A stretch of 64,000 nt of DNA from Rhodosorus marinus CCMP1338 (lineage: Eukaryota; Plantae; Rhodophyta). Shown here piece by piece: positions 22,697 through 33,286 of this stretch; the stretch's first letter is position 1, and every line of letters starts with the position of its first letter. The DNA lies in assembly GCA_029953675.1 (NCBI GenBank), contig JAMWBK010000008.1, forward strand, positions 744,001 to 808,000, given 5' to 3'. The position numbers and the translations under genes were made by a program. The notes under the pieces were generated by a model. It was given only the letters and a program-made list of their open reading frames with translations. It did no database searches and was not told where the DNA came from.

Positions 22697-24176
22697 CTCA
22701 CATGACAGTCCACAGCTACAGCCTAAACCCCACCAGCAATCCCAACGACGATCTCAAACCGAAAATGATCCAGTCATCCACCTAAGCATGTAACCACCCC
22801 TCCACCTCGGCTTCTCCACTCTAATCAATACTTCCTCCAGCTTCTAGTCTTGACCAGAAAAAAAGTGCCATCTACCATCAAGCTCTTTCACAATAGAACC
22901 CCCTACTCATGAACATAACCTAACCCCAAAAACCCATCCCCGCCACCCAACCCCCAAACTACCTACTCTCACTAAAAGGGTTTACCCCCACCCTCCTTGT
23001 CAAACTGCTTAACATTTTCATGGAAAAAAAAAACGCGCGATGCTTAGGATCTGCTTTTCACAATGACTCCACGGACGATCTCCCACCCCTCGGCGATCTA
23101 ATTCCTAACATTTCAGTAAAAACAGCCAACATCTTTTTGTAAAAACAGAAAGTGGCCCAACGAAGGAAGGGGGGTGGCCCGGCCAATGTTCCTGCCCCTT
23201 TCTAAATCTGCTTGAAAAGTAATTGCTAAAAACAACTTGGCCTCCCTATATGGGCCATTTTTTTTTTTTTTTTTTGTTTTGCTTTTGTGCTCACAGGGTT
23301 CGTGGCCAAGGGACTGTTTTTTACTTTTGTGCCAATGTTCTTTTTGGCCCTGTGGTTTTTTTTGGTTTTGTTTTTTTTCCCATTCTCAATGGCCAATGTT
23401 CCTTTTGGGCCAATGGTTTCGAAATTATCGGTGATGTTCTTACGTTCCAAGTGCTTGCTAAGCAGCTTTTGGGCTTTTCCGGCATCGCGAGTTGTTCAAG
23501 GACTACTCCATGCTACCATGGTCTGCACGGATATCCGTGCATCCTTTTTACGAGGAGCTGCAAATTTTTCCAGCTGACGGTATCGCTTTCCATACCAGTG
23601 GCCCACACTCTGTGCAGCTGCTGTAGGCTGGAATGATTCTCGTGAGGAACAGAGATAGTCGTACTCTTCTGAACAAAGACGAAACGTTGTGAACATTTTC
23701 GTCATCAATTTATTCAGAGCCGATCTACCCGGGCCTTTTTCCAGATGCAGCTTCGGTTGTGCATGTGAACAAGGACGGGGGCAGACTTGCTGGCACAGCC
23801 CTGGATCCTGAGGTCCCGAAATTAACCATGCAGGCGTTCCGCGTCCGCGCGTGGCATGTTAACTGGTTTGTTTTCTCCACGACTGTCACGCTGTATTCTG
23901 CAGCGCCGGCAGGTCCCCCATGGCAAGAGCTTCAACTCCTTAACATTCTACGGGCAGCTCGTAAGTTGCGCGCACGGTGCTTTCATGTGGTACTTCGCGA
24001 GGCCAAGCACGGGCGTGTAGCTGTCAAATTAAGAGCCAGTGATGGGGTTGACTACAAATTCAATGTGTTAATTTTGTGGCTGGTTTATTCAATCGACAGA
24101 AGCCAGGCTACAGCAGGAGATGGTTGAACTGTACAAATGAGTTTGAATAATGTGCAATTAGCCAAACAACATAATC

Positions 24177-26237
24177 TCACCTAGGGCGTCTCCTTGACCT
24201 CGGAGTTGCCGTCAAGTCAGTGTATAAATGCATCGGGAGGTATATTTTCTGACTAAGAGCTTCTTCGTAGAGCATATTCGCCTGTTCCGTCTTCCCAGCT
24301 TTCAGTAGCGCATAAATAAGCGTCATGTAGCAAATTCTGTTTGGAGGGGTTCCCTCCTCGAGCATGGTCTTGTAAACGTTCAAGGCGCCTTCGATATCCA
24401 AACGCTTCACGTGTATTGCTATCAAGGTTCCGTATATTACAACTGTTGGACGAATCCTCGACTGCTTCATTCGCTTCAGGACCTTCTGGGCACCTTTATA
24501 GTTGTGCGTCCGTTTGCAGGACTCCAATAGGACACCGTAGGTTTTTGCATTCGGAGCAACTTCAGCGTCTAACATTCTCAAGAACACGGCCTCTGCGGCC
24601 TGAGGAGTCCCACCTCTTACGTGTGCGCTCATCAGAGTTGTGAACGAGATGACATTGGGCTCCACTTCCATAGATGAGAACAGGGCCTCGGCGTTCCCAA
24701 CCATTCCCTCCCTTGAGTATCCGTCGAGGAGGATGTTGTAAATAACAATATTCGGAGTAACTCCCTTTCGGGTCATGGCCTCCATAACCGACAGCGCCTC
24801 AGCTAGCTCGTTCCTACTCACGTGGGCCTTAATGATTGCCGCGTATCCGTGCTGACTCGGGGGAAGGTCCAATCGGGACATTTCCCTAAGCACAGCTTTG
24901 GCACCCTCAATATTCCCAGTTCTAGCCCAAGCTACGCACATGGAACCCAACGCCCGAGACGAAGGAGCGAAGCCGTCTCTTGCCATCATCCTCAGGTACT
25001 TTCGTACTGCAAATGGCTTCCCCTTGCGGGAGTGCGCATCCATCATCGTGTGGTAGGTGACCTCGTTAGGTGCAACCCCACTGTCAATCATCCTTTGGAA
25101 CATCTTCTCGCAGGCATACACCCGGCCCTCCTTTGCGTAGCCAGCGAGCATCGAGTTGTAGGTGTAGTGATCACGCGTATGCTTGTAGTCTCGTCTGGTC
25201 ATCGCCTCAAACAAGTTTCTACCCCGCTGTAGCTCACCCTTGTCTGTGTATAGTTTTATAAGTCTGTTGTAGGTTCCGGTATTGGGATACACTCCGAGCG
25301 CTTCAGTCTCTCGAAGGATCTTCTCCGAATCTTCCATTCTGCCCAACCTTGCAAGGGAGAACACGGCTGCGTTCAAAGTTGAAACATTGGGCCGAATACG
25401 GGCATCTTTCATCGCCTGGTAAGTTTTGAGCAGCAAATCTGCTTCTCCCCTTCGTCCATAGAGCGTAATTAGGGTTGTGAAGGAGACAACATCAGGCTTC
25501 AATCCAGCCGCAGACATTTCATTCAAAAGTCTCTCCGCTTTAGCCGGGTCTTTCTGGAAACTGAGCAAGACGTTGTATGTACGCACATCTCGAGAGAGCT
25601 TTCTGGAGCTGTCAATACGGGCTAAGACTCTCTGAAGTGCCTGGGACTCCTCATGCTCCGCGTACACATGGAGCAAAGTATTAATGCACCTCATATCCTC
25701 GACCACATATCTCTCCGCTTCAAGAAATCTGCCGTCTAGGCCCAGAGCTTTTATCACAGTGCAGCGGCAGGCAGTTGATGGCGCTGGGATCCTCCCGTAG
25801 GCGTCCAACATGTCCTCAATCCTTCCGGCTTTCGCGTATACTTTGAGCAAAGAATTGTCAAGAACGCTAGTGGGATCATCTGAGCGCCATTTGGCCAAGC
25901 TGTGTATCTTCTCGGCGGACTCAACCGAGTCAAACGATCCAAACGCAGTAACAAGTCTCGAGTACGTTCCCAACCGCAGGCTCTTGTCTCTGAGCCTGTC
26001 CACAAATCTCTGTTTCGCATAGTCAACCTCTCCGTTTCTCAAAAGCGTAAAAATGAAGGCCACCTGGTCGTTGGTTGACACGTTTGATATTGGTGGGGCC
26101 TCCATGTCCGGTTCCGTTTGATCATACTGTACGTAATACTTCGAAAGGACAACTCTTGACCTATCGAAACCGCAAATTCCATCATTCCCCTTAGCGCTGC
26201 GGCCAACGACTACGTTTGGTGCAACGAACCCAATCAT
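24177..26237 (-). CDS. P-class PPR protein (PPR6), single exon, probable plastid presequence
   Basis: First in-frame ATG gives MIGFVAPN. Motifs DVVSFTTLITLYGRRG, DHYTYNSMLAGYAKEG, NIVIYNILLDGYSREG, NVISFTTLMSAHVRGG. Confidence 0.94.
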   Translation of the reverse strand: MIGFVAPNVVVGRSAKGNDGICGFDRSRVVLSKYYVQYDQTEPDMEAPPISNVSTNDQVAFIFTLLRNGEVDYAKQRFVDRLRDKSLRLGTYSRLVTAFGSFDSVESAEKIHSLAKWRSDDPTSVLDNSLLKVYAKAGRIEDMLDAYGRIPAPSTACRCTVIKALGLDGRFLEAERYVVEDMRCINTLLHVYAEHEESQALQRVLARIDSSRKLSRDVRTYNVLLSFQKDPAKAERLLNEMSAAGLKPDVVSFTTLITLYGRRGEADLLLKTYQAMKDARIRPNVSTLNAAVFSLARLGRMEDSEKILRETEALGVYPNTGTYNRLIKLYTDKGELQRGRNLFEAMTRRDYKHTRDHYTYNSMLAGYAKEGRVYACEKMFQRMIDSGVAPNEVTYHTMMDAHSRKGKPFAVRKYLRMMARDGFAPSSRALGSMCVAWARTGNIEGAKAVLREMSRLDLPPSQHGYAAIIKAHVSRNELAEALSVMEAMTRKGVTPNIVIYNILLDGYSREGMVGNAEALFSSMEVEPNVISFTTLMSAHVRGGTPQAAEAVFLRMLDAEVAPNAKTYGVLLESCKRTHNYKGAQKVLKRMKQSRIRPTVVIYGTLIAIHVKRLDIEGALNVYKTMLEEGTPPNRICYMTLIYALLKAGKTEQANMLYEEALSQKIYLPMHLYTDLTATPRSRRRPR

Positions 26238-26812
26238 GTCTGCAAATGACTCTCCCACTAAAAATCCTTGTCCACTAGATGCGTCCAAAGCTGACCTCCA
26301 AGGACCCTCTCATGGTCTCCCTCTACAGTCCATACAAAAAGGCACTCCGGCCCTCTGCCAACGAACTGTCAGCTGCAGCTAAACTCCGCCCGGGTACCCA
26401 TTAAGTACTGCTCCATTGCTATTCTCAGCTCTTTCCACTACCGAAGCCCCTCACCTTCCAAGTTAGCACAAATGACTTCATGCATCACCGAAAACCCCAT
26501 CCGCCTTCCCCCCAAACAAAAAGCTCTCCCTCCTCGCGTCCAGCCGCACCCGAACACACCTCGAAATGCCTTGCAAAACCTAAACGAAACCTAAACAAGG
26601 CAACTTGCTTACCAGCCCTTTATATCACATTCTCATATCTCTCCATCCTCTCCGAACGAGCTTCACCGACCCACTCGCTATGTCTCCCTCCGGCTATTTT
26701 TTGGTTGAGGTCTCGATGACCATCGCATCTGTCGCCGAGTATTATCAAAATATAAATATATTCATTAGAACACTTGGTATTTAATAATTGGTAGATACTT
26801 CGTCCGTGACAC

Positions 26813-27235
26813 GTGGGAACAAATGATTGTTCTTTTCGAAATATTGGCCGGTGGTTTCCAAATAGACTGATAGAAATGATATTGACTGAATTCGGATATT
26901 TTCTTTCTCCCACCCTTTTTGAGGGGTTTGGAGACGCGCATCATGAACGGGGCTACTTTTCGGAGGCTGAGGGGGAGGAAGTGAAGATGTATGCAGTTTC
27001 GCTGGGGCCTCCTTTGGTTCATGGTGGCTCTGCTCTGGAAGCTGAATTTGTGCGTTCAATTTACGAGGGCAACTTGCCGTATTCACCCGAAATAAGTGGG
27101 GAAAATTGGGATGTCCGATGGGTGGTTGTGTGGATCAAACTTTCGGCGGCAGGGGTCGTTTACGAATTGAACCCCACTGTGAGGGATGCGCGTGTGAGGA
27201 TTTGTCAAGATCTCTATAAAACTTTCGCTTCCTGA
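26813..27235 (+). pseudogene. Putative decayed CAMK-type kinase relic
   Basis: One frame reads, in order, HHERGYFSEAE (cf. CAMK ERGHYSEAEA), SLGPPLVHGG (degenerate catalytic loop), GNLPYSPEI (cf. GT..Y.SPEI) and SAAGVVYEL (cf. WSAGVILYEL). Internal deletions are implied. Confidence 0.5.
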
Positions 27236-27512
27236 TTGCTCCGTCAGCATATAGCCCAAATCAAATGGGTGATCTGGCCAGCTCGATGTTGCTTTTGTGA
27301 AAACGAGCTTTTGCATTTACAAAACCTTCAACCTTTGTGAGAGGCCGGCAGTGAATCGTTACCCACGACAACTGTTTCGTTCATTGGTAGGCAATTACGC
27401 CAATAAGTGTCTCCAGCAGTTCTCGGAGCAGGTTGTACAACTCCCGGACGCATTCATCTTGATTATCTTTTTATCCGTTGGTTAATTTCCTCCAAGTTAG
27501 TTCTTCCTTTCC

Positions 27513-29084
27513 CTAATTGTTCACTCTTTTGTCCAATGTATGTACACGGGTAACAAGGTCAGCCGCGTGCTCATCGCACCCTTGCGCAATGCATGCCTCG
27601 GTGCCACAATAATTCTGCACTCTCATCATTAGAAACTGACGCAAAAGATCAGAAGCAACGCCCGGATCCTCGCACTCCGCACACGCCTGGCGAACGATCC
27701 TGCACTCTGTCTTCGTCGCGTCGTAGCTGCTGTTGAGGAGGTCAGAGAACGCCGCCGCTACTCCAGCATAGTCTCTGAGTTCAAGGTGCAACTCCATCAT
27801 CAAAGGATAACTCCACGGAGGAAGCAGCAATGTACTCTTTCGAATTCGATTAAGTATGAGTTTCGCCCCCGCCAGGTCACCGACTCTTTTGCAGAACTTC
27901 AAAATTTTGCGGTAGAGATCCACCTCCGGAGTCATTCTTCTGTTGAACATCTCTTGCATTGTCTTCGCTACGTTTTGTTTATCCGATTTGTCGCAGTACC
28001 CTTCCACCAGATGCGTAAATGTTTCTGGGGTCGGATTCACACCCGCCTTTTGCATCTTCCTCTTCACTTCCTCTGCCTGCTCCATGTTCCCCACGGCTAT
28101 GTGGTATATGATCTCCGAATTATATGCGTACGCATTGTACGGTACCCCTGAATCATTCATGGCGGCAGCGCGCCATTTTTCCATCCCTTTTTGATCACCA
28201 TTGTAGGCGCTGACACGCATTAAAGCCTGAAGAAAAAGGGCCCTGTGTTCCACAGTCATCCATCCATCTCCACGGATATTGTTGTACAACTTTTCTGCGC
28301 TGTCCACGCCAATTCTTCTCCCTAGTATGAACATGACGTCGAGCATAGTTCGAGCCGACCCTCTCCTGTCGGAACCACGAAAATTGTTGATCGCGTTATG
28401 AACAGCCACGTCCTCTCTCCCCTTGTCCAGAAAGCCGTTTATTCTCTTGCCGAGAGGCGCTCGTTGAAACGGGTTGGGTATACCGGGCAACGCTGGTCCA
28501 TATTCGCTCGTTATCGAATGTCCGCCGCCACCTGTTCTGATTTTCTCAAATTTCGCCATCTCTTTCGCATGGTCTTCCAGACTAAACGAGAAATCGACCT
28601 TGAACTGATTTCTCATTGCATCGGGCTCTCTCTTCTTCCTGGTTCGCCGAACACGTCTTCCCATTTTCGCCAGCTTCGCCTCGCTCCACATCTCCTTAGA
28701 CTGAAGGTGCCTTAGCACTTTCATGTTGTATTTCAACGCTTGCTCCCACAGCTCATGAAGTTTATCTCGATCATGACGACGTCTTCCGCTTGGCATGGTT
28801 CCAGCGCTATCTTTATTGTCAGGATTCGCGGCTCTCAAAACCGCTGAATCTCGATCCTTGGAAGCACTTTCCACGATGCCCCCATCGCTTTGGCGTTCTT
28901 CCACAGGCGCAGGTGCGTTGGCCGTACTGACTCGATCCCCACCGAGTTCCGTGCTCAATCCTCTAACAACAGTTCCTCCATGCAACCATGAGCCTCGCAT
29001 GCCAACAGCCATCCCAACCGCAGAATCAAATCTGAGGATCCTTCGGCTCAGCATTGCTGATATCATTATCCCAGACCCAGCCAC
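27513..29084 (-). CDS. PPR-containing protein (PPR7), about 4-5 C-terminal motifs, probable mitochondrial presequence
   Basis: NAYAYNSEIIYHIAVGNMEQAEEVKRKMQKAGVNP / TPETFTHLVEGYCDKSD... The Arg/Ser-rich N-terminus ends VVRGLSTE. Confidence 0.82.
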   Translation of the reverse strand: MAGSGIMISAMLSRRILRFDSAVGMAVGMRGSWLHGGTVVRGLSTELGGDRVSTANAPAPVEERQSDGGIVESASKDRDSAVLRAANPDNKDSAGTMPSGRRRHDRDKLHELWEQALKYNMKVLRHLQSKEMWSEAKLAKMGRRVRRTRKKREPDAMRNQFKVDFSFSLEDHAKEMAKFEKIRTGGGGHSITSEYGPALPGIPNPFQRAPLGKRINGFLDKGREDVAVHNAINNFRGSDRRGSARTMLDVMFILGRRIGVDSAEKLYNNIRGDGWMTVEHRALFLQALMRVSAYNGDQKGMEKWRAAAMNDSGVPYNAYAYNSEIIYHIAVGNMEQAEEVKRKMQKAGVNPTPETFTHLVEGYCDKSDKQNVAKTMQEMFNRRMTPEVDLYRKILKFCKRVGDLAGAKLILNRIRKSTLLLPPWSYPLMMELHLELRDYAGVAAAFSDLLNSSYDATKTECRIVRQACAECEDPGVASDLLRQFLMMRVQNYCGTEACIAQGCDEHAADLVTRVHTLDKRVNN

Positions 29085-30834
29085 GGCCGAGGTTGATGCT
29101 TCTCTCGTCTTGCTTCACTGTCAACCTCCCAAGAAACACTAAAAAGACAAGATCCGAGTCTTACTATTCCAATTTTGCGTTCATTTCTCTCACCGTGGTA
29201 CACCGCAACCTTGGCTGGAAAGCCAGTGTTCCCACCCCGGCGCTCATACAAGGCGATTGTCATCCAGCTTTTTTGTTGACAAATGGGATTCCCAAGCACC
29301 GGTGTAGGCCAAGCTCGACTTTCCAGGTCAATCTCGATTGGCAGAAGTCCCAGTGATTCAGAGATCCGAGACGATAGAAAAGTAGCGTGGATCCAGCAGG
29401 TCCACGCGAGCGATCCCAACGGCAGCTTTGAGGAGTGGGTTCTTCAAGCTGCGCCGCGGGTCCAGCAAGTTATTCACGACTGAAGAGGTGTCCGGTGGGG
29501 TTGTCGTGCGCGGAGAAAATGCGGGCTGTCGGCGAACAATTCCGCGTCGCTCAAGGGGAAAACGCAATCAACTGCTTCAACCATATAAAGATAGATATGT
29601 ATAACAAACAGGAATCGGATTGCACAAGAGGAAAATTTTCCGACAATGCACCCCACTCCCAACTAAACTTCACCGAACAGGGGGGAAGAAGGGCAGGGCT
29701 TGGTGTGTAGGAGCCCGGACATGGAACAGTTCTTCCTTCGTCCGTCCAAACCAAAGCGCAGACAGGCCTAAACTCCGCCCGACAGCACCTCAACCACCGC
29801 TCAAACCCAAAACCGACCGAGAACTAGAAAAATGTAAGAAAAACGTCACTCCTCTGAAACGCCATCCATACCCATCAAAACCGCTTCGACGACCTCGAAG
29901 ACATCAAAAAATCATTCAATTAAATAAATAAAAAGGCTCTAAGCAACAGCAATGGACGCGAACAACAACAGTGCCCGCTCTACATAGAAAAGGACGCGTG
30001 TGAATTTATGAGTTGTCCTTATCAATAAGCATGAAGAAATAAAATTATTCCAGTCATTTTGTTCCTTGATTTTCTAGTATTTTTATACAGTCCAGAAGAT
30101 GATTTTCTCTATTTCCTTTATTCGTAGTTTTTTGTATAGGAAACGTAGTTTCTTTTTCTCAGTGGGAAAATGATTTTTCTTTATTTTATGAAAGAAGGAG
30201 TGAAAAATCAGTGGGTTTTTTTTTGTTTTCCTGTTGGTGAAATTTTCTTAGTTTGTGGAATTGTCGTTGGTTCATGGGATATGATTTGCGGAGGGTCGAG
30301 GGGGGTGTAGGGGTTGGATGAATTTTGGGGAGGAGTTTTTCGGGTGTTTTTTTTTTTCGTCGGTAGCGGTTTGATTTCCTTTCTTCGATTCGGAGCAGTG
30401 AATTGGGGCCGGGGGGTTTTCGGTTGGCTGAGGTGAGCGGCTGTGCCTTTTCTTTTTTTTTTGATGATACGGTTGTATCTTTGATGCGAATGGTGATCGA
30501 TCATTTTGTCAACAGATTTTCCGTTTCTGATCTTCCTGGACTTGTGCTCCTGTGTGTGGGTGTTGTGTTTGGCTTTTTTTGATGACCCGCGCTTTTGTGG
30601 ACCCGCTCTTCTTCTTTTTTTTGTTGGTCTCCTGATTGAGCTGGTCAGCTCGTATATAGATGGATCCACTACTAGCCGAATTGGGTTAGGGGAGAAGGGC
30701 AGAGAAGATATTCGCTTTGAGCATTTTGGCGTGCGGGTTGGGCATTTGTCTTTGGTGTTGGGGAGACTATCGTAGTGTATTGTTTGTCTTGACATCGCCG
30801 TGCTTAGTACGTGTTCAGGGAATCTGGAGACAAG

Positions 30835-31354
30835 ATGGTAAACTGGTTGCTGATGGCCCTGCCACTCTCGACAATTGCAGGGCTTCTTCCTACGATCAAC
30901 AAGCTAACGCTTTGCCTGAAAGGTGGTAACTTTGACCCGAAGCTGGGCCGAGACAACCTCCAAGCGTCGAAAGCTGGACTGGACACGGAGAATTTCGCCA
31001 AGATAATTCGATGTGCGAATGCCGAATCCAACTTTTACGAAAATTGGCCAGTTTATGCCGCGGGAGTGGTGAGGAAACCCCCATACATGCCGTTATCGCA
31101 GAAGCAGGGTGCCATGTTTCTCATAGGTTGCTTTGGCAAATCTTCCTCTTCACGTACAGCTTGCCGTCAACTTCACCCCTGGAGTCCCAAGACTTGCCTG
31201 CTTGGGCCTGGCGTATGGGTGGATCGGCGCTCGTATTTTTTACAATGGTTTCTATATCTACGACAAGGCCCGACTTCGTACCCCAGCCTTCATGGTCGCA
31301 ACTACTATCTCCTACGCCCTGCTTGTTACTGCGGGTCTGAACTCCACATTCTGA
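30835..31354 (+). CDS. MAPEG-family membrane protein (exons 30835-31068, 31160-31354; about 142 aa)
   Basis: RCANAESNFYENWPVYAAGV spliced (gtgagg...cacgtacag, 91 nt) to LAVNFTPGVPRLACLGLAYGWIGARIFYNGFYI...RLRT. This matches the MAPEG pattern R..NAH.N..E.FP.FAAAV...AR..Y...Y. An alternative acceptor at 31126 is possible. Confidence 0.8.
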
Positions 31355-32288
31355 AGCGACCGGTATCCCTCGGACGGGCACCACCATTACAACTGATCTG
31401 CACGTTCCCCAAGAGTGCACTGTTGATATGTCTTAACAAGACATGGAGAACTAAACAACTCTCTCTAGAATTCTACCAGAAAAGGTCCTGCCACTTCACA
31501 CAAGCTACCCAACCCTCTCTCGGTCACTCGCCAATGAACTCGAGCTTCTTTCCGGATCTCAATATGCCAACTGAAATGGAATCTTGAAGAAAACCAAAAA
31601 TTCAGCATTCCGCGCAAAAAAAAATATCGGAAGCATCTACCCCCTTCCAGAATGTCCAACTTCGATGAACTATCTTTTAACTAAAAGATTTCGCATGGCG
31701 GAATGTCGGTGGTTATCCACCCCATCCCTTCTTATTGTTTTGACTTGGGCATTGTGGCATCTGTCATGCTTTGATTCGACTAAAAAAGATATATTTTAAA
31801 TAAATTATTGTAGACAGTTGTCCCGCTTTCATTCGAATAGAGAATATAGATTTTAGTTTAGTTTTTAAACTGTGAGCCGCCGATGGGGTTTTACCATTCA
31901 ACAATCATCTGCCAAGCTGTTCGGCTGTGTTAGTTGTTCGCTGCGGCGCGTCTTTTTGGAGTAGTGAGCCCAGTGCAGCTCAGATGGACCTGTTAAAAGA
32001 GCTGGGCTACTTATTGCACCCTCCTCTTCAGATGGACGCTTTGAGGACCTACTCAGCACCTGAGGAGGAAGATATTTTTCGATTCATGAATTTCAATTGA
32101 TCTGCCTCTGGTCATTCATCCCAAGCCTGTTTGCGTCGATCGTCTCCAGTTGGACGTGTTCGGCAGCATTGCTCGAGGCATCCGGACCGAATGAGCCCTG
32201 AGGTTTTGCAGCGCGTATGGTATTGAAGGTCTCCGAAAATAGCGTAAGGCGAGAAGGGAAATGCTAGTTCTGCTCAATTCTTTGCCTG

Positions 32289-33010
32289 TTGTGGTCTATG
32301 CTGTTGACTCGGGGAGGAATAGGAGAAGTTCTGTCGAAAATTCTGTATTGGAAAACCGGAACCAAAATTCCACGTAAGTATCGCCACAAGTTTATGGGTG
32401 GGTCTGTGTTCGCGTGGGTGCACACAGGTGCAAGCAGCATTAACCAGCAGACCTGCGATGTACCGTATAACTCGAGAGCGTGTCTCGTTTGCACTATCGC
32501 TGATGTGAACGGCGAAAGAGCGAACGTTAACCTTTCAGAACACGCGTAGCTGCCTCACTTGTTTCACACACTGTGAACGGTACACAGCAGTTCATAACCC
32601 CTGGTCCACGACGTTTCCGCACCAACCATAGCCTCGTTCCCCATCTGACACCCTACCCAAAGAAGGACCAGCCACGACACACATACACAGTCCCAACTCA
32701 TTCCAAACTTCAGCTACGAGCAAAGACTATCATTCTGGGCCTCCACCCAGTCAACTTCCAAAAACGAAGGGTCAGTATTGCGGCTGCCAATCATCTTCGC
32801 CGTCGCGGGAAAACATGTTATTACCGTTCCGGTCACCATCCATACCACCGTCGCACTACTGAAACAAAAAGCTCGCTGAGGATCAACTTATGATCAAGAG
32901 TCGTAGGTCTACAACCCCGAACCAGGTTTCTTGAAGGATACACGCAGTCCAGTCCTGCAGTCCATGCACTCTGTCCTTTCGCACAAACAAAAAAAATGCC
33001 TTTGCAAATG
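32289..33010 (+). pseudogene. Putative decayed Ser/Thr kinase relic
   Basis: LLTRGGIGEVLSKILYWKTGTKIPRK (cf. LGRGGFGEV....KTG.KVAIK). Later SIAAANHLRRRG (alphaE-like) and GYTQSSPAVHAL...KKMPLQ in other frames. Confidence 0.4.
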
Positions 33011-33286
33011 TATGAAATGAAGACCAACCTCACGAGATCAAATCTCGGTAATAATTTCTGAAGACGGTCGTGGAGGTATTTTGTTGGGACGTTTGTGGTG
33101 AGAACTGGCCTTCTTGAGGGTGGGGAGAGATAGGGACCATGTATGAACTGGAGAATTTTGTATTTTTTACTTTTGACTTGGTCTAAGTATATCGAAGATT
33201 AGCCTTTGATTGTATGTAGTGCACAGGTGTGTTCTGGTTAGTTTCTGTTGTTGGGTTTTTTTTTGGTAGAGGATGTGAGATCTTCA

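Noticed and set aside
23790-23910. Minus-strand EYSVTVVEKTNQLTCHARTRNACMV resembling an FAD oxidoreductase
   Set aside because: No upstream GxGxxG and an in-frame stop just upstream. The EKTNQL shared with 6360-6380 is only a 12-nt match with unrelated flanks.
30811-31587. 258-aa ORF as a single protein
   Set aside because: It is MAPEG exon 1 reading through the intron into an off-frame tail; the spliced model gives a coherent family match.
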